From Camelus ferus (Eukaryota), in assembly GCF_009834535.1 (NCBI RefSeq), contig NC_045696.1:1302001-1366000 (forward strand): DNA of 64,000 nt, read 5' to 3'. This document shows positions 27,001 to 39,990 of the stretch, piece by piece. The notes beneath the pieces were generated by a model, which had not been told where the DNA came from, did not search any database, and saw nothing but the letters and a program-made list of their open reading frames with translations. The translations under genes and the position numbers were made by a program. The number at the start of each line of letters is the position of its first letter. Position 1 is the stretch's first letter.

Positions 27001-30000
27001 GTGTCTGGGACGCAGGCACAGAACTCAGCTCAGAGCGCTGCTTGTTGGCAGGTCGCCTCGCTCCTGCCTGGGCCCTCACAGCCGAAGAAGTGAACTCCCC
27101 AGAGGCCGTCCTGCTCTGCTGCTGCGGCCGCTCTGAGGGCAAGCTCGCGGACCCTCCCCAGCGAGCCAGCCTGGAGCCTCCGTCCAGGCCAGGAGGACCC
27201 GCCTGCTCGGACTCAGGATGGAGGTGGAGGCGTGCCTGCTTGAGCATCCGGCTCCCTGGCCTCGGGGCCCTAGCTTTCCTCCTAGACGCCTGGGTCAGGG
27301 CTGCAGCAAGGACGGGATAAAACAACCCAGGCAAAGAACCCACAGGCAAACAATCCGGCGTGGAGAAGTGCTCCCGGAACGCTGGCTGCAGACAGGGAGG
27401 GGGGCAGCCACCATGTCAATAAGCAGGCTACTGGGCCGGCGAGAACCAGATACACTTTTAATCAAGAAAAATTAAGTGATGTTGAAGATTTGTAACGTGT
27501 GATTCGGTACCAACTTTAAAAGAGTGTTTGGCTCAAGTCCCACCTCCTCCGTGAAGGCCCTGCAATTGCAAAGCCCTCCCACCTCCCAGACCCCTGCACC
27601 CCCATGAAGGCAGAAGGCCTCATCCCGGAGCCCGCCCTGAGACGCAGCCTGGGGTCGCCTGGGGTCTAGAGGAAGAGAGCATCACGTGGGTCCCCACGTC
27701 TGCCGTGGGGACGGCCATGCAAGGGGTGGCCGTGTACCACCGGGCGTGCCTGCTCGTGTTCTAGCTGGGCGCCCTCTCAAGGCTGGATGCCTTTCAAGCG
27801 TGGGAACCAAGAAAACCTCCAAGCACTCCCAGGCCCAAGCCACTGCCTGACAAGAACGCGCTCGGTAATTGTTTTGTATTGGGCTCGGGACCCGCCAGTT
27901 GACACGCAGGACACGCCCACCAGCCCTCGTGCTCCCTAAAAGAAGGCTCGGCACCACCAGCCCTGGCAGATTACATGGTCTTCCTCAATGTACAAAAGAA
28001 TTCTGGTGCTTCAGCAGGTGTTTAAAGGTACTTTTAACTAAATATTAATCTTCATATGTATGACATGTATGTATGATTAATCATTAGACTGCGTACGAAA
28101 GTAAAAGCCAACTGCGACTTCCAATCCAAATGTATGAAAAGTTTATAAAGTAGCCCAGCTAAACCGACACTTGTCAGGGAAGGGGTCCCCGGGACGCGAG
28201 CGGGTCAGCCGCAAGGAGCTATTCAGATGTGCCTCCAGCAGGACCCTCTGCCTGTCTCAGAGCCTCTCCGGTGGGCCCCCACCCCCGCCCCAGCAGAGCG
28301 GGGCGGGCAGTTGTCCCCCCAGCCCCGCCCCGGTTCCTTTCAGTACCCGCTAAAAAATAGACGAGGAGAGTTGAGGGCAAGGTAACTAATCAATATTTTA
28401 CAAAATATTCTAAAATTTTATTATCGCATTTTATTCCCCGAAACAGCCCCGGGGAGGCAGCAAAGCAAGCAGACCCCCTGCCACAGACGAGCGACGCCAA
28501 CAGAGGAAGGTGACGCGTGCGTACTAGGCGCCCTGCCTCCGACCCCAGCGGTCCTCCCACGGCCCGGGAGGACCCCGTCTGAGCCGTGGCCCCGGGGACA
28601 TCGGGGCCCCTCATAGTTCATCCTTCATCCTCCACGTGACCCCCTCGGCCTCTGAGATCGTGGCCCGATCTGCCGGGGACATCCAGCTCACGTGCCATCT
28701 CTGGGGGATGACTCACTGCAGGCCTCTCACCCTCCAGTGTCCCCATTCAAGCAGGAAACTACACAGCCCCTGCTTTAACACAGGGCCACGTCCCCAAACC
28801 GGAGGTGAGAGAGGGCGTCTGCAGAGGCTGCAGGCCAGCCGCCCACCTGCCCACCTCCCACCAGGCAGATGGGCCACGAGGAAGGCGGGTGCCCTGTGCC
28901 CCTCGCCCCGCATTGCCCCAGCAGCTCTGCACAGGGAGGACCGGGGGGGCCCTCGGCCCACAGTCCCAGGTCCTGGGGGGACGGGGCGGGGGACTGCACA
29001 GAGACTGTAAAAACTCCATAAAACGGGCAACTTCAGAGAGAACATCCAAGGCAGAACTCAAAAATGATGAACCAATTTCTACAAATTACACGGGAAAAAA
29101 GTTTTCTATGTATTTTTTTAAGGAAAAGAGGAAGGTGTGACATGATCTGTGTCTGAGCACTGTCCCCCAGCCCACGCTTCCCGGGCATGTGGGAGAGGAC
29201 GCCAGTCTCCAAGGAAACAAGAGCTCCAGCCCCGCCCCCCCACCCTGGCGTCGGAGGGTGAGGGTCAGGACTGAGGAGAAACACCCCCGCGCCCCCACCA
29301 TGACTCGGACTCACAGAACACGAAGGCAGCAGAGGCCAGGCGGCGAGAGAGGCGCCCGGGGGCCGGCATGTCCGGGCCGGGAAGCCTGCGTGGCTCCCAC
29401 AAAACAGACAGCAGTTCTGCTCACAACTGCCCTAAATGCTGCGCATCCACCGTCAGCAGAGTGACAGGCGGTCTAACTGTGGGACTCACACACAGCAATG
29501 AAATAAACTCCTGCACCCCGGGGGCCTCGCAGAGACGGCATCCAACAGAAGAAAAGAGACACAGATGCGTGCCTTGACTACATCTACATGCAACGAAGCA
29601 GCCGGCCAGCAAGCAGCTCACGGCCCGGAGCTGCAGGTCCCACGCTCAGGGGACAGGTCCTGGGACGGCGACGAGCTGCTTGCTCACGTTCTCTGCACCT
29701 TCCTGTGTGTGCGGCGCTGCTGAACAACAGGAAAACACTAATTGTCCTAAAGGTTCCTGCCGATGGGCTGGAAGAGCACGGGGCTCCCGAGGAGACGTCC
29801 GACCATGGCTGCACAACAAGCTGCGGGAGGCGGAAACGCTGGGGGGGCGCGCAGAGCGCGGCCAGCGCTGCAAGTGTCTCCCAGGAGGACACCAGCTGGA
29901 AGGGGCGCAAGGCTCACTTTTTCGGTGCAGAACAGGAATCTGTTTCCCTGACACCTGCCGTGAGATGCGGTTTGATGTGTTTGTTTATTACCTTTTTAAT

Positions 30001-32479
30001 AATGGCCAAAAATTCATTCCCTATTCCAGGCGAGATAAACGCAGCAGCTGCCTGGCGAGGAGCGCCTCGGAGGGCAGGGCACACACCGACACACGTTAGG
30101 GCCACTCCTCAGACTGCTGAAGGTGAGCAGTTCGGTCTTTAGGGACCAAAATAGACTCCTGTCAGGGACAAATACTTAATTTGATTCCTGAAGAAAAAAA
30201 TAAAACCAAGTAGTGAACAAATTCTCTGCCCTCGCGCGTCATCCTCCACCAGGAGGGTCCCCGGGGCGGCCATCCCGCGTCCCTGAGTCCTGGACTCCTG
30301 CGGGGCTGCCTGGAAGACACCCCACTGCTTGGGGTACATCCGTACGGTTTTCCAAGTTACTGGAAAAGGAATGAATAATCATCGCACAGAGCAAACAGAT
30401 TAACATGTTAAAGTTTGTTTCATGAATGGAAAATGTGAGCATGCCACCCCGAGGTTACTTCCACCGCTTTCAGAGTCTGCAGCCGAAAGTAGCTTCTCAT
30501 CACAGCAGAAAATTATGCAGAGAAAAGGATCTCACATTTTCTTCTCAAAATCTGGAAGTGAAAAGGCCAAATAAAAATAAATGCAAAGCAAACTGACTAA
30601 TCTGAGCTTCCCTTCTCCCTGAGCTCGCTAATAGAGCAGAAAGCTAGAGTTAGAAATAGGAGGTCTGAGCTTTTTGGAGAAAGGGCTGAGGGTATAAATA
30701 CTCGCTCACATCTGACTCCAGCTGCATCGTGACTGCTGAGCGCCCGGCACAGCCACCCCCCGACCTCCACTCAGCCGGCACACTCACGACTGTCCCTGCC
30801 GTGCGGCGCGAACCGCATCCCGACAAGCAGCCGCACGCGTGCAGCGGCCTGCCGCAGGGCTGCACGGGAGGCCTCAGGAGTCAATGAACTGGTTTTGCTT
30901 AACATCAGCTTGAGTTGGCTCTTCTACACGCACAGCCCACAGCACGCTAAGACGAGTGACACACCGGTCTGCGTGGAAGCCTGGGGACAACCAGAAAGTG
31001 CGCCGCCGGCCGAACCACTGCGGCCACCGGTTCACTCTCCGGCAGCGGGGCGCCCAAAGGAAGCCTGAAGGTCCTGCACAGAGCAGGAAGATGCCAGACG
31101 ATGGCCTGGGTACTTCTAACCCGCCTTCGAGTCTCTAAAGGATGGGGGCTCCCCTCAGGGGGCGAGGAGGAGAGGGAGGAGGGTGGGGGTGCCTGCCAGG
31201 CCCCTCATCTGCCCAAATCACAGGTTCCCTCTCAGGCAGGCACATCCTGCAGGGTGGGCGGTGACCAGCAGGGGAGGGGCTCACGCGGTCAGGAGAGGGG
31301 GCTGAGTGCTCCGTACTGGGTGGGGGGGGATGGGAGCCTAGAAGTCAAAGTGAGCAAGCCTCTGGCCACCTGAGAGCCAGCGGAGCACGAGGTCCCTGCA
31401 CGTACGGGCACAGTCACTCTCTCCCAATCGCTGACCATCCGGCCGTGTCCACTGCACAGGGCAGGGCGGCTGCTGGCCCGCAGCTGAAACCTGCCCGAGG
31501 CTGAGCTGTACCCACAGTGAGAAGCAGGCCTCGGGTCCACAGGCCACTGGCAGGACTGACACGGGCCCGCCTGCCACCCAGCATGGAGCAAGCGTGCAGC
31601 TCCTGGCTTGAAAGGGGCTGGCCCGGGACCCCCTCCCCGCTCCCTGAGCACAGGAGGACCCGGAGCAGCACCAAGGCTCCTTGTGTTTCACCAGATGCCG
31701 CAGGACCGTCTACTCCGTGTGAGAAGGCCATGTGCTTTTAGGTCCACGTTTGGAACATGAAATTAGTTTTTCAGTCAAAACAGTTCGGCCTTTAACAAGA
31801 ACCAGGGAGCAGAGAACGAAGTCCTCTGTCAGCAGAGGGTGTCTGTCATGAGATGGCGGCTGGAGGCCCAGGCCTGTGGTTCAGGGCAGAAGGTTCCAGC
31901 ATAGCCCCAGCCGAGGTTCTGACCTGAGACACCTTCCAGCCAGAGAGAGGATGAAATCCGCAGCAGGGCAGAAACCCGTAGCCTTCACGAGCCCAGGTGT
32001 GGGGACGAGGAGGCGGGCGTGGCGGGCGGAGAAACAGCCTGGGGCCGTCCACAGGGCCACCGAGGGGCCCCGAGGGCCTCAGCACTTCGTGACCCAGGGG
32101 CCCAGCGCCCGCAGACTCCGCGTGGTCAGCACCTACGAACCAAGAACCTGGGGCAGCGCTGCCGTGGCTTCCAGCACAGAGCCCACATGGGAGCCCGCGC
32201 GGTCCACTCGGGGACCAGCCGCCGCCACACAGCGCTCTCCCCGGGCTGGAGAGGCCCGGCCACCACGGCCGCACACGGAGTCACTTCCGACTGAGTGTGT
32301 GCGTCAGTGACCGCTTTCCCAAGGGCTCTGGGAGTTTTGTCAACCGGCCGTGTGAGAAATGGCACCTGGGCGAAGCTGAGGGCCCGCCGTAACGTGTGTG
32401 CACGCGCCCCGTCTGTTCCTGCGCTCTGCCTGTTCTGCAGGGTGCTGATCTTTTTCTTCCCACGATTTTTAAACATTTA

Positions 32480-33680
32480 CATGTTGTGAATCACACTTGA
32501 TTCTTCTGTCTTCTAACTTTCTTGTTGTGTTTTTGTTGTCATTGGTTGGTTTGGGCCAGGCCATTGTCCAGTATCGCAGTATCTAGCGTAATCACACTCT
32601 GCACCTTTCCTTCTGTTGACACTGAATCCCGAGTTACACTTTTAAGAGCCTTTCCCAGCACGCAGGTTATGTGGACGTATGTTTCTGACGCTCGAACGGT
32701 TTTATCTTCACATTTAGCTCTGATCCATTTGGAGCTTACGTGGTCCTCTGGTACGTGGTCTAAGGCATAACTCTAATGTTGTCTTTCACAAAAAGGTGTC
32801 CAGTTGTCCCCAGACCACTTATTAAAAAGTCCGTCTTGACTCAGCGCTTGAGAGACTGCCATCATCACACACCGACCTCTGTCTGCACTTGGACCGGCGT
32901 CCGGGTCCCGGGCACCTTCTGTCTGGTCTGTGAGCGCCGTCACCACCTTGTCTGGCTCAGAGGGCGTTGCGGTGTGTGAACGTCCAGGGGGCTGTCTGCT
33001 TTCCCTAGCCCTTCTCCCGTTTTCTAGGTGTTCACGCATGCTTGATTTTCTGCCAATTGTACAATCAACATGTCCAGTCCAAAGGGAAAAATGACTCAAG
33101 TTTGTATTTTTATTGAAATCACATTGTTTGCAGATTTAGTTAGAACATCCATCTCAGTGACGCTGCGACAGCCAAACCAAGGATAAGGCACGTCTTTCGT
33201 CTGCTCAAGGCACTGCTGCGTCTTTCTCAAGAATTTCTGGGATTTTCCGCACTCAGGTTTGGGACAATTCTTATTACATTTATTCCTAAGTACTTTATTT
33301 TGCTATTGTAAAGGGCTGTCTTCTCTAATTGGTTAACTTTGTGCACATGAAAGTTACCACTGATGTTTGCACGTTAACTTTGCACTTCCACTACCGTGGC
33401 AAATGCTTCTGTGAGCTGCGCTGTTTTCGCCACTGGCTCTCTGGGCTGCACGCTCCCGCACGGCGGCCTCTGCACGGACAGCACAGGGCCAGCTCCCACC
33501 CCCACAGAGAGCTCGGCTGGCCAGGCTGCCCGGGGTTTTCTGGGGGAGCTGCAAATGGTGAGGAGGGGGTTACTTTCTCTATCCCAAACTCCGTGTTTCT
33601 GTGTTTTCTTGCTCTTTTCTTAGCCTAGCTGATCATAACTTTGCAATTTTAAATTAAACTGCACATGGGTTTTGTGCAGC
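32480..33680 (-). mobile_element. Old L1M ORF2 remnant
   Basis: Antisense L1 motifs TTCACATTTAGCTCTGATCCATTTGGAG, CCAGTTGTCCCCAGACCACTTATTAAAAAG and TTTATTCCTAAGTACTTTATT. Confidence 0.7.
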
Positions 33681-34681
33681 TTCTGGCTCCTGCCCTCCCT
33701 CTGCCCGCCGGCCAGCACCTACTCCTCTGTGGGAGGACAGGTGGCAGGGGAAGGACAAATTAGCACCAACAGTTCATTTTCAATAAAGCCGCCTTTACTT
33801 TTCTGGCTCCTGCATAAGCCTTTGATAAGACGTTTGTTTTCCTCTATGAAAAACTTCCATCTAGGACATTTGTGGACCCTAAAAGGGAGATATTTTGATT
33901 TCTAAATGTTACTTTTTATTAGCATCTGAAATAAACAGGAAACACATTTCATTACTAGAGTACTCCGACAGTCATGGTTCTTACCGATGGCACGTTCAGC
34001 CGCACGCATGGCCTCCCTGAGCACGTGACCCCCTTCACCCTGCTGGGAGGACCCGCGTCCACTGCAGGCAGCGCGAACGTGGTCTGCAAACGCGCAGCAG
34101 GCCAAACTTCGTATGTTGCTGGGAAAATTCATTCTGTACTAACATGTTGTTCTGACCAGTTCCCAAGGGGCAGCAAGCACACCACAGGCCTGTGGCCTCG
34201 CCAGCGCTGCCGTGGGTCTGCGCGGGACCACACCGGGGAGACCCGTCCAGGGGACACAGCGGTCAGGTCCGCGCACCCCTCTGCCTCCAGTTCACGCCGT
34301 CAGGTGGCTGCAGAGAAATGATCACGACAAGACTGGCAGGGACGAGCTAACTGGCAGGCTGCACGTGGAGCTCACACACGCGTCCAGGCTGCGCCTGAAT
34401 CCGGACGCCCCACCTGGACACGGCGCGCTTTGTCACCTGCCACAGAAGGGCTTCCGCCTCAGCAGGCGTCACGGCCAAGAGGAGGAGGAGGCCTGCAAAA
34501 CCTCCCAAGGAATTCAATAGGCCAGTTTTCACAGGTTTCAACTGCAAGACAGACAAAGAAAGGAATTAACACTGCTGCTAAACAGAAAAAAAGCAGCCGG
34601 TTTTGAAAGCTTGAAATCCTACTGATAACACTTGAGACTCTAAGAACAACTCTGTCCACCAGCTGAGAAGCAAAAAGTCTT

Positions 34682-35761
34682 TTTTTTTTTTAACATTTTT
34701 TATTGATTTATAATCATTTTACAATGTTGTGTCAAATTCCAGTGTTCAGCACAATTTTTCAGTTATTCATGGACATATACACACTCATTGTCACATTTTT
34801 TTCTCTGTGAGTTACCATAACATTTTGTGTATATTTCCCTGTGCTATACAGTGTAGTCTATTCTACAATTTTGAAATCCCAGTCTATCCCTTCCCACCCT
34901 CCACCCCCCTGGTAACCACAAGTCTGTATTCTCTGTCTGTGAGTCTATTTCTGTCCTTTATTTACGCTTTGTTTTTGTTTGTTTGTTTGTTTTTGTTTTT
35001 GTTTTTTAGATTCCACATATGAGCGATCTCATATGGTACTTTTCTTTCTCTTTCTGGCTTACTTCACTTAGAATGACAGTCTCTAGGAGCATCCATGTTG
35101 CTGCAAATGGCATTATGTTGTCGGTTTTTATGGCTGAATAGTATTCCATTGTATATATATATACCACAAATGCTTTATCCAGTCACCTGTTGATGGACAT
35201 TTAGGCTGTTTCCATGTCTTGGCTATTGTAAATAGTGCTGCTATGAGCATTGGGGTGCAGGTGTCATCCTGAAGTAGATTTCCTTCTGGATACAAGCCCA
35301 GGAGTGGGATTCCTGGGTCATATGGTAAGTCTATTCCTAGTCTTTTGAGGAATCTCCACACTGTTTTCCATAGTGGCTGCACCAAACTGCATTCCCACCA
35401 GCAGTGTAGGAGGGTTCTCTTTTCTCCACAGCCTCTGCAGCATTTGTCATTTGTGGATTTTTGAATGACGGCCATTCTGACTGGTGTGAGGTGATACCTC
35501 ATTGTAGTTCTGATTTGCATTTCTCTGATAATTAGTGATACTGAGCATTTTTTCATGTGCTTTTTGATCATTTGTATGTCTTCCTTGGAGAATTGCTTGT
35601 TTAGATCTTCTGCCCATTTTTGGATTGGGTTGTTTATTTTTTTCTTATTGAGTCGTATGAGCTGCTTATATATTCTGGAGATCAAGCCTTTGTCGGTTTC
35701 ACTTGCAAAAATTTTCTCCCATTCCGTAGGTTTTCTTCTTGTTTTATTTCTGGTTTCCTTT
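34682..35761 (-). mobile_element. Young 5'-truncated LINE-1 (ORF2 C-terminus, 3'UTR, polyA)
   Basis: Translation matches L1 ORF2 ([38 protein letters not shown] knuckle). PolyT at 34680-34692; TSD GCAAAAAGTCTT at 34670-34681 and 35762-35773. Confidence 0.97.
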
Positions 35762-35763
35762 GC
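35006..35763 (-). pseudogene. L1 ORF2 C-terminal fragment, frameshifted in a (TA)n run near 35152-35163
   Basis: The ORF track frame (35128-35793) matches ORF2 up to WYIY. The true tail TMEYYSAIK...YHMRSLICGI* continues in another frame to TAA at 35006-35008. Confidence 0.85.
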
Positions 35764-37599
35764 AAAAAGTCTTAAAACACCAAATGGCATCAAGGAAGCT
35801 GCTTCCCCAGAGGAAGCTCCAGATTGTTCCTAGGCCTCCGCACCTGCTCCACAGACCAGAGGCAGCAGTGCCACCTGCCAGACTAACACTAAGACTGAAC
35901 TCCTAGACGCAGGCGAGCTACGAGAGCACGTGCGGCAGGCCCGGGGATCCGGGCGGCGGCGCGCCTCAGCCCCGAGACTCGGCTCCCGTTCTCGAATCAG
36001 CCTCACGCCTTCCCACACGCCCGACACGCTCTCGGGAGCAGCCCCGCTCTGCAGACACGCCCACTGACACACGGTTTCTTGAAGCCTAATAGGGAGCCTA
36101 GAAACAGCACAATGTTAGGATGCTCCTCCCTGCACAGTGTTCAGAATAATCCAGTATTTCCTGAGGGTGAGCCCTCGCGAGTGAGCTCACTTAGAATACA
36201 TTCAGCTAAGTGTGATCTGAGCAGCTTGAGGCTTCGAGGGAGCAGACGGGCGAGCAGCCAGGGCGTCTGGAGAAAACAGAGAAGCCAGGCCTTCTACCTC
36301 TGTCGTCACACTTAAAAGGCCACCTGCAACCGAATGTTCCCCTAAAACATCACCAATGACACAGAAACTGAAAACACAAAGGCTCGCTGATGCATCTAGA
36401 GCGCAGCAGGAAAACTGCCGAGGAGGCCGCCCGACAAGCTGGCAGCGCCACCGCCCCTCCACGCTGAGCCAGGTGGTGGCCTTCTCCCACTCAGCCCTCA
36501 GCTCGCCCGACCGACACGGGACCTGCGCTCCTGGGCTGGGCCTAGCTCCTGCTGGGGAAAAGTGCAGACCGCAGCAAGGCCACAGGAGCCGAGACCCCTC
36601 GTGCGGCCGGCAGCCACCCCAGAAAGGCCGCGGGAGCGTGTGCGGGGCCAGGCATCTGCACCCACAGCTGCCAGGCAGGGTCCCCGCTCTCCGAAGCCCC
36701 CGCCCGTCACTTCAGACACTTTCTCCGCCTCCAGCTCCTCACAGCACCCCCTGCCCTCTGTCCGACTTGGCGACACGGCCCCCTGGACCTCACTGCTGGC
36801 AAGCAGGTCGGAGTCTCCTGCCACAGCCCTTCGAGAACCCTCTCCTGCGACACCTCCACTCCCAGCCTGACCCCCACACTCCCTTGGTCTCCAAGCCGCA
36901 GTCAGGTGGTCCCCGCCCCGGCCCAGCTGTGCCTCCACTGCACCCTCTCTCTTCTCGCTAGGGTCCCGAGGTCAAAGGGCAAGGGGACAACCGCCCCCTC
37001 CTCTGGCCCTGCTCCTTTCCGCCCCAGCTGCACAGCACAACTCCAGAATCTGGGCTTCCAACACTGGAGGCACCTCACTCCTCACAGAAGCGACCATTCC
37101 TACTACACTTACCCGTCAAACCCGCACTAACGCGTCCCCAGTGCCGCTTCCTCTGGGCGGGTTGGCAAAGATGCCCAAGACCATCCAAGGCTTCCCAGCT
37201 CCGGAGAAGGAGACAGGGCTGCGGGGGAAGCGTGTGGAAAGAGCTGGCAGTCCCAACTAATGGAATTAAAGATCTCACTTTGGAAAAATGTGTAAACCTG
37301 TGTGATTTGGTGAAGACACTGCTGGGAGGGACCCCTGTAGGCGAAGTCCCTGGAAATCCACAGTCACTAGGACCCGGCCTCGCCTAGGAGCCCTCGCTGG
37401 CAATCTGACCCTCTTCCTGCTGAGCCACATTCATGCTGGCAAAACCCCAAGGTACACCACTCAGGGTGACAGAGGGGACACATCTACAAAGAAAGCCCAG
37501 GGGACAAATAACACAAAAGTCAGGATGTTCCATACTTAGGGCAGAGGGTGGGAACACAAAGGGAGCTTCTGTGGAATTATTAGCTGCCTAAAAAACTTT

Positions 37600-38500
37600 T
37601 TAAAAAAGACTTTATTTTTGAGAACACTTTTAAAGAAACACAGAGACGACGGTACAGAGATTTCCCACATACCCACCCCTTCACATCCCCATTCTTAGCA
37701 GCTTATGTTAGCATGCTATGTGTGTTACAATTAACGAGCTAACATTAACATATTTTTATTAATGAAACTAATAAGTCATAGTTTATTCAGATCTCCTCCG
37801 TTTTTACTTGGTGTCCTTTCCTGTTCTGGGACCTCACCCAGGATCCCACGTGACACCAGGTCATCATGTTCCCTTGGGTCTTCTCTGGGCTGTGATGGTT
37901 CCTCCGACTTTCTTGTTTTCAACGACCTTGACAGTTGTGAGGGGTCAGTTAGGCGTTTTCCAGGACGCCCCTCCATGAGGACCGCAGAGGAGAGGGCCCT
38001 TCTCATCACGGCCCGTCCAGGGCAGCCGTCAGCACGACCTTCCCCACGACCTTCACCACGGCCGCTGACCTTGGTCACCCGGCACAGGGGTGTCTGTGGG
38101 GTCTCTCTGCCACACGGCTGCCCCTCCACTGTCCCCCGGAAGGAGGGGGTCCACCCCCTCCCTGAGGACGGAGCAGCGGCCGGACCGGCGTGGATTCTCC
38201 TGGGAGCAGATTCCCTCGTCTCCCGGTGTGCTCGCCAGTCGCTCGTTTACAGCAGGTGGACTTGGGGGTTTTTACTTTATACTCTGGGCCGTGATCCAAT
38301 CCGACTGAGTTTTGTCGCTGCACCCGCTCCAGCTCTGGCTGCTGGGAGCTCCCTTGGTCGCCCCGGTCCCTCTGACTCCCCTGTGGGGCTGTTTTTCCAG
38401 CACTTCCCTACTTCCGGGCACTGCCAGGTGCTCCGGGACCACCGTGGGTGTTTCTGTCAGTCTCAGAGAGGAACCCTGACCCTATTTCTTAGATACTGCT
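37600..38500 (-). mobile_element. Old L1MC/MD 3' end
   Basis: GACTTTATTTTTGAGAACA...GTACAGAGATTTCCCACATACC...TGTTACAATTAACGAGC...TCCTTTCCTGTTCTGGGA...CCCAGGAT are typical of L1MC-family 3'UTRs. Confidence 0.7.
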
Positions 38501-39329
38501 GAAGGAGCCCGCGGTTACACTCCAGAAAATACACTTGCAGCGGCGAGTTTTGTCTACCTTGAATCCATCTTCTCCTTCTGACAACAGCACCCCAGATTTG
38601 TTCCAAGGAAATGGGTTTCTCCCACTGGATACTGACTGGGTGGGCCTGTGGAAAGGGCTGCCCGCAAGGAGTGAGACGGAGAAGCCTAAATTCTCCATTT
38701 TTAACTGCTTGCATAATTACATCCATAGTTTTAAAAACTGTAAAAGATTTTAAACCTTTTGTTGTTAACAAGCAGAGACCAAATCTAAATGAGAACAACA
38801 CTGACGACTCTGATCTAGAATAGAAACGAGCACGACGCGCGCCCACTTTGGAATGAAGCGTGTCTGCCGAGTGTGCACCCCGAGTGCATGTCGCCGTGGC
38901 CCCTTCCTTTACACAGCTTCACGTTGAGCCCTTTTCCCACGTGACAGTCAGGAAAGGCTGATTTGCTAAGGTAATGAGCACTTACAGTATTCAAACGTTT
39001 CTGTCAAGTATGCAGCGCTTGGGCATTTTCCCACGAGTTTTGCTGAGGGAGAGAAGTTTCACAGCCCTCAAATGGCAGCGCTCCTCACAGCCCCCAAAGC
39101 AAAAGGGTCCCTGATGCACTCGGGACATAAGTTACCCCCTCAACGCCAGCGCAGCAAGTAAGTGTTACACGTTAGCAAACCTCGAGAAGCATTAGCTGAA
39201 GAATGTTTTAATTAGGACACGGGTACACTTAAGAAAGAAGTCAATTTCAAGGGTTTTAAAACAAAAACTGTGTGCACTTTAGGAGGTAAGGTTTTCCGAC
39301 GTCCCCTAAAATATCGGAACCTGGAGATC

Positions 39330-39990
39330 TGTGGAAATGGGGAGGGACTTGCGGCGGACATCCCGCTAAGCCCCCGACCCGGCTCAGCAGGTCTGCGACA
39401 CCACCCGCAAGGGGCCGCAGGGTCGAGGGCGCACGGACGGCCGCGAGCCCAGCCGACCGGTAACCGCCGCGGGCGGGAGTTAGCTGGGGGGCAGCCGCCC
39501 AGACCTCGCTGGACAGGGCCCCGAAGAGCTCCTGCAAAGCAGACTCGCCGGGCACCGGCCGCGCCCGCCAGCACCGACCAGGGGACGCGCCCGAGCGCCC
39601 GGCCACGACGGCCCAGACGGCGCCCGCGCCGATGCTGCCAGCGCTGCTGCCCGCGCTGCTGCCCGCTCAGGCCCGCCCCGGGCCCCCGCCCCGCCCCCGC
39701 CTCCGCCCCGGCTCCGCCCCCCGCCCCCGGCCCCGGAGGGCGGCGCGTCGGAGAGCAGGCCCCTGCCTGGCGTCGAGCTCAAAGCGCGCGCGGCCCGGGC
39801 CCCGCTGGCCGGGCGGCTGGCCCTCGGGCAGGGGCGCCGCGCTCCGGGCCTGCCCGGCGTGGACGCTGCGCCCCTGCGGCCCGCGGCCTCCAGCCTTGAC
39901 TTCACTGGCAGAAGTGGGGCCAGAAAACAGTCCCGCCGCCAGGCTCTGCAGCACGTGGACGCGACGGCCACACCACCTGCGCCTCCGGGA
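39330..39990. promoter_or_regulatory. Intragenic CpG island with GC-box cluster (alternative promoter or enhancer)
   Basis: Dense CpG, a tandem CCGCCC array at about 39672-39730 and AT-richer flanks. Confidence 0.75.

Noticed and set aside
34414..34575. Strong minus-strand acceptor (AG at 34543-34542) with donors at 34437 or 34414; similar lone acceptor at about 30552
   Set aside because: Donors are mediocre and pseudo-exons are common in a 50-kb intron; no further support.
35614..35623. CArG box CCATTTTTGG
   Set aside because: Lies inside L1 ORF2 sequence, so it is not evidence of a selected element.
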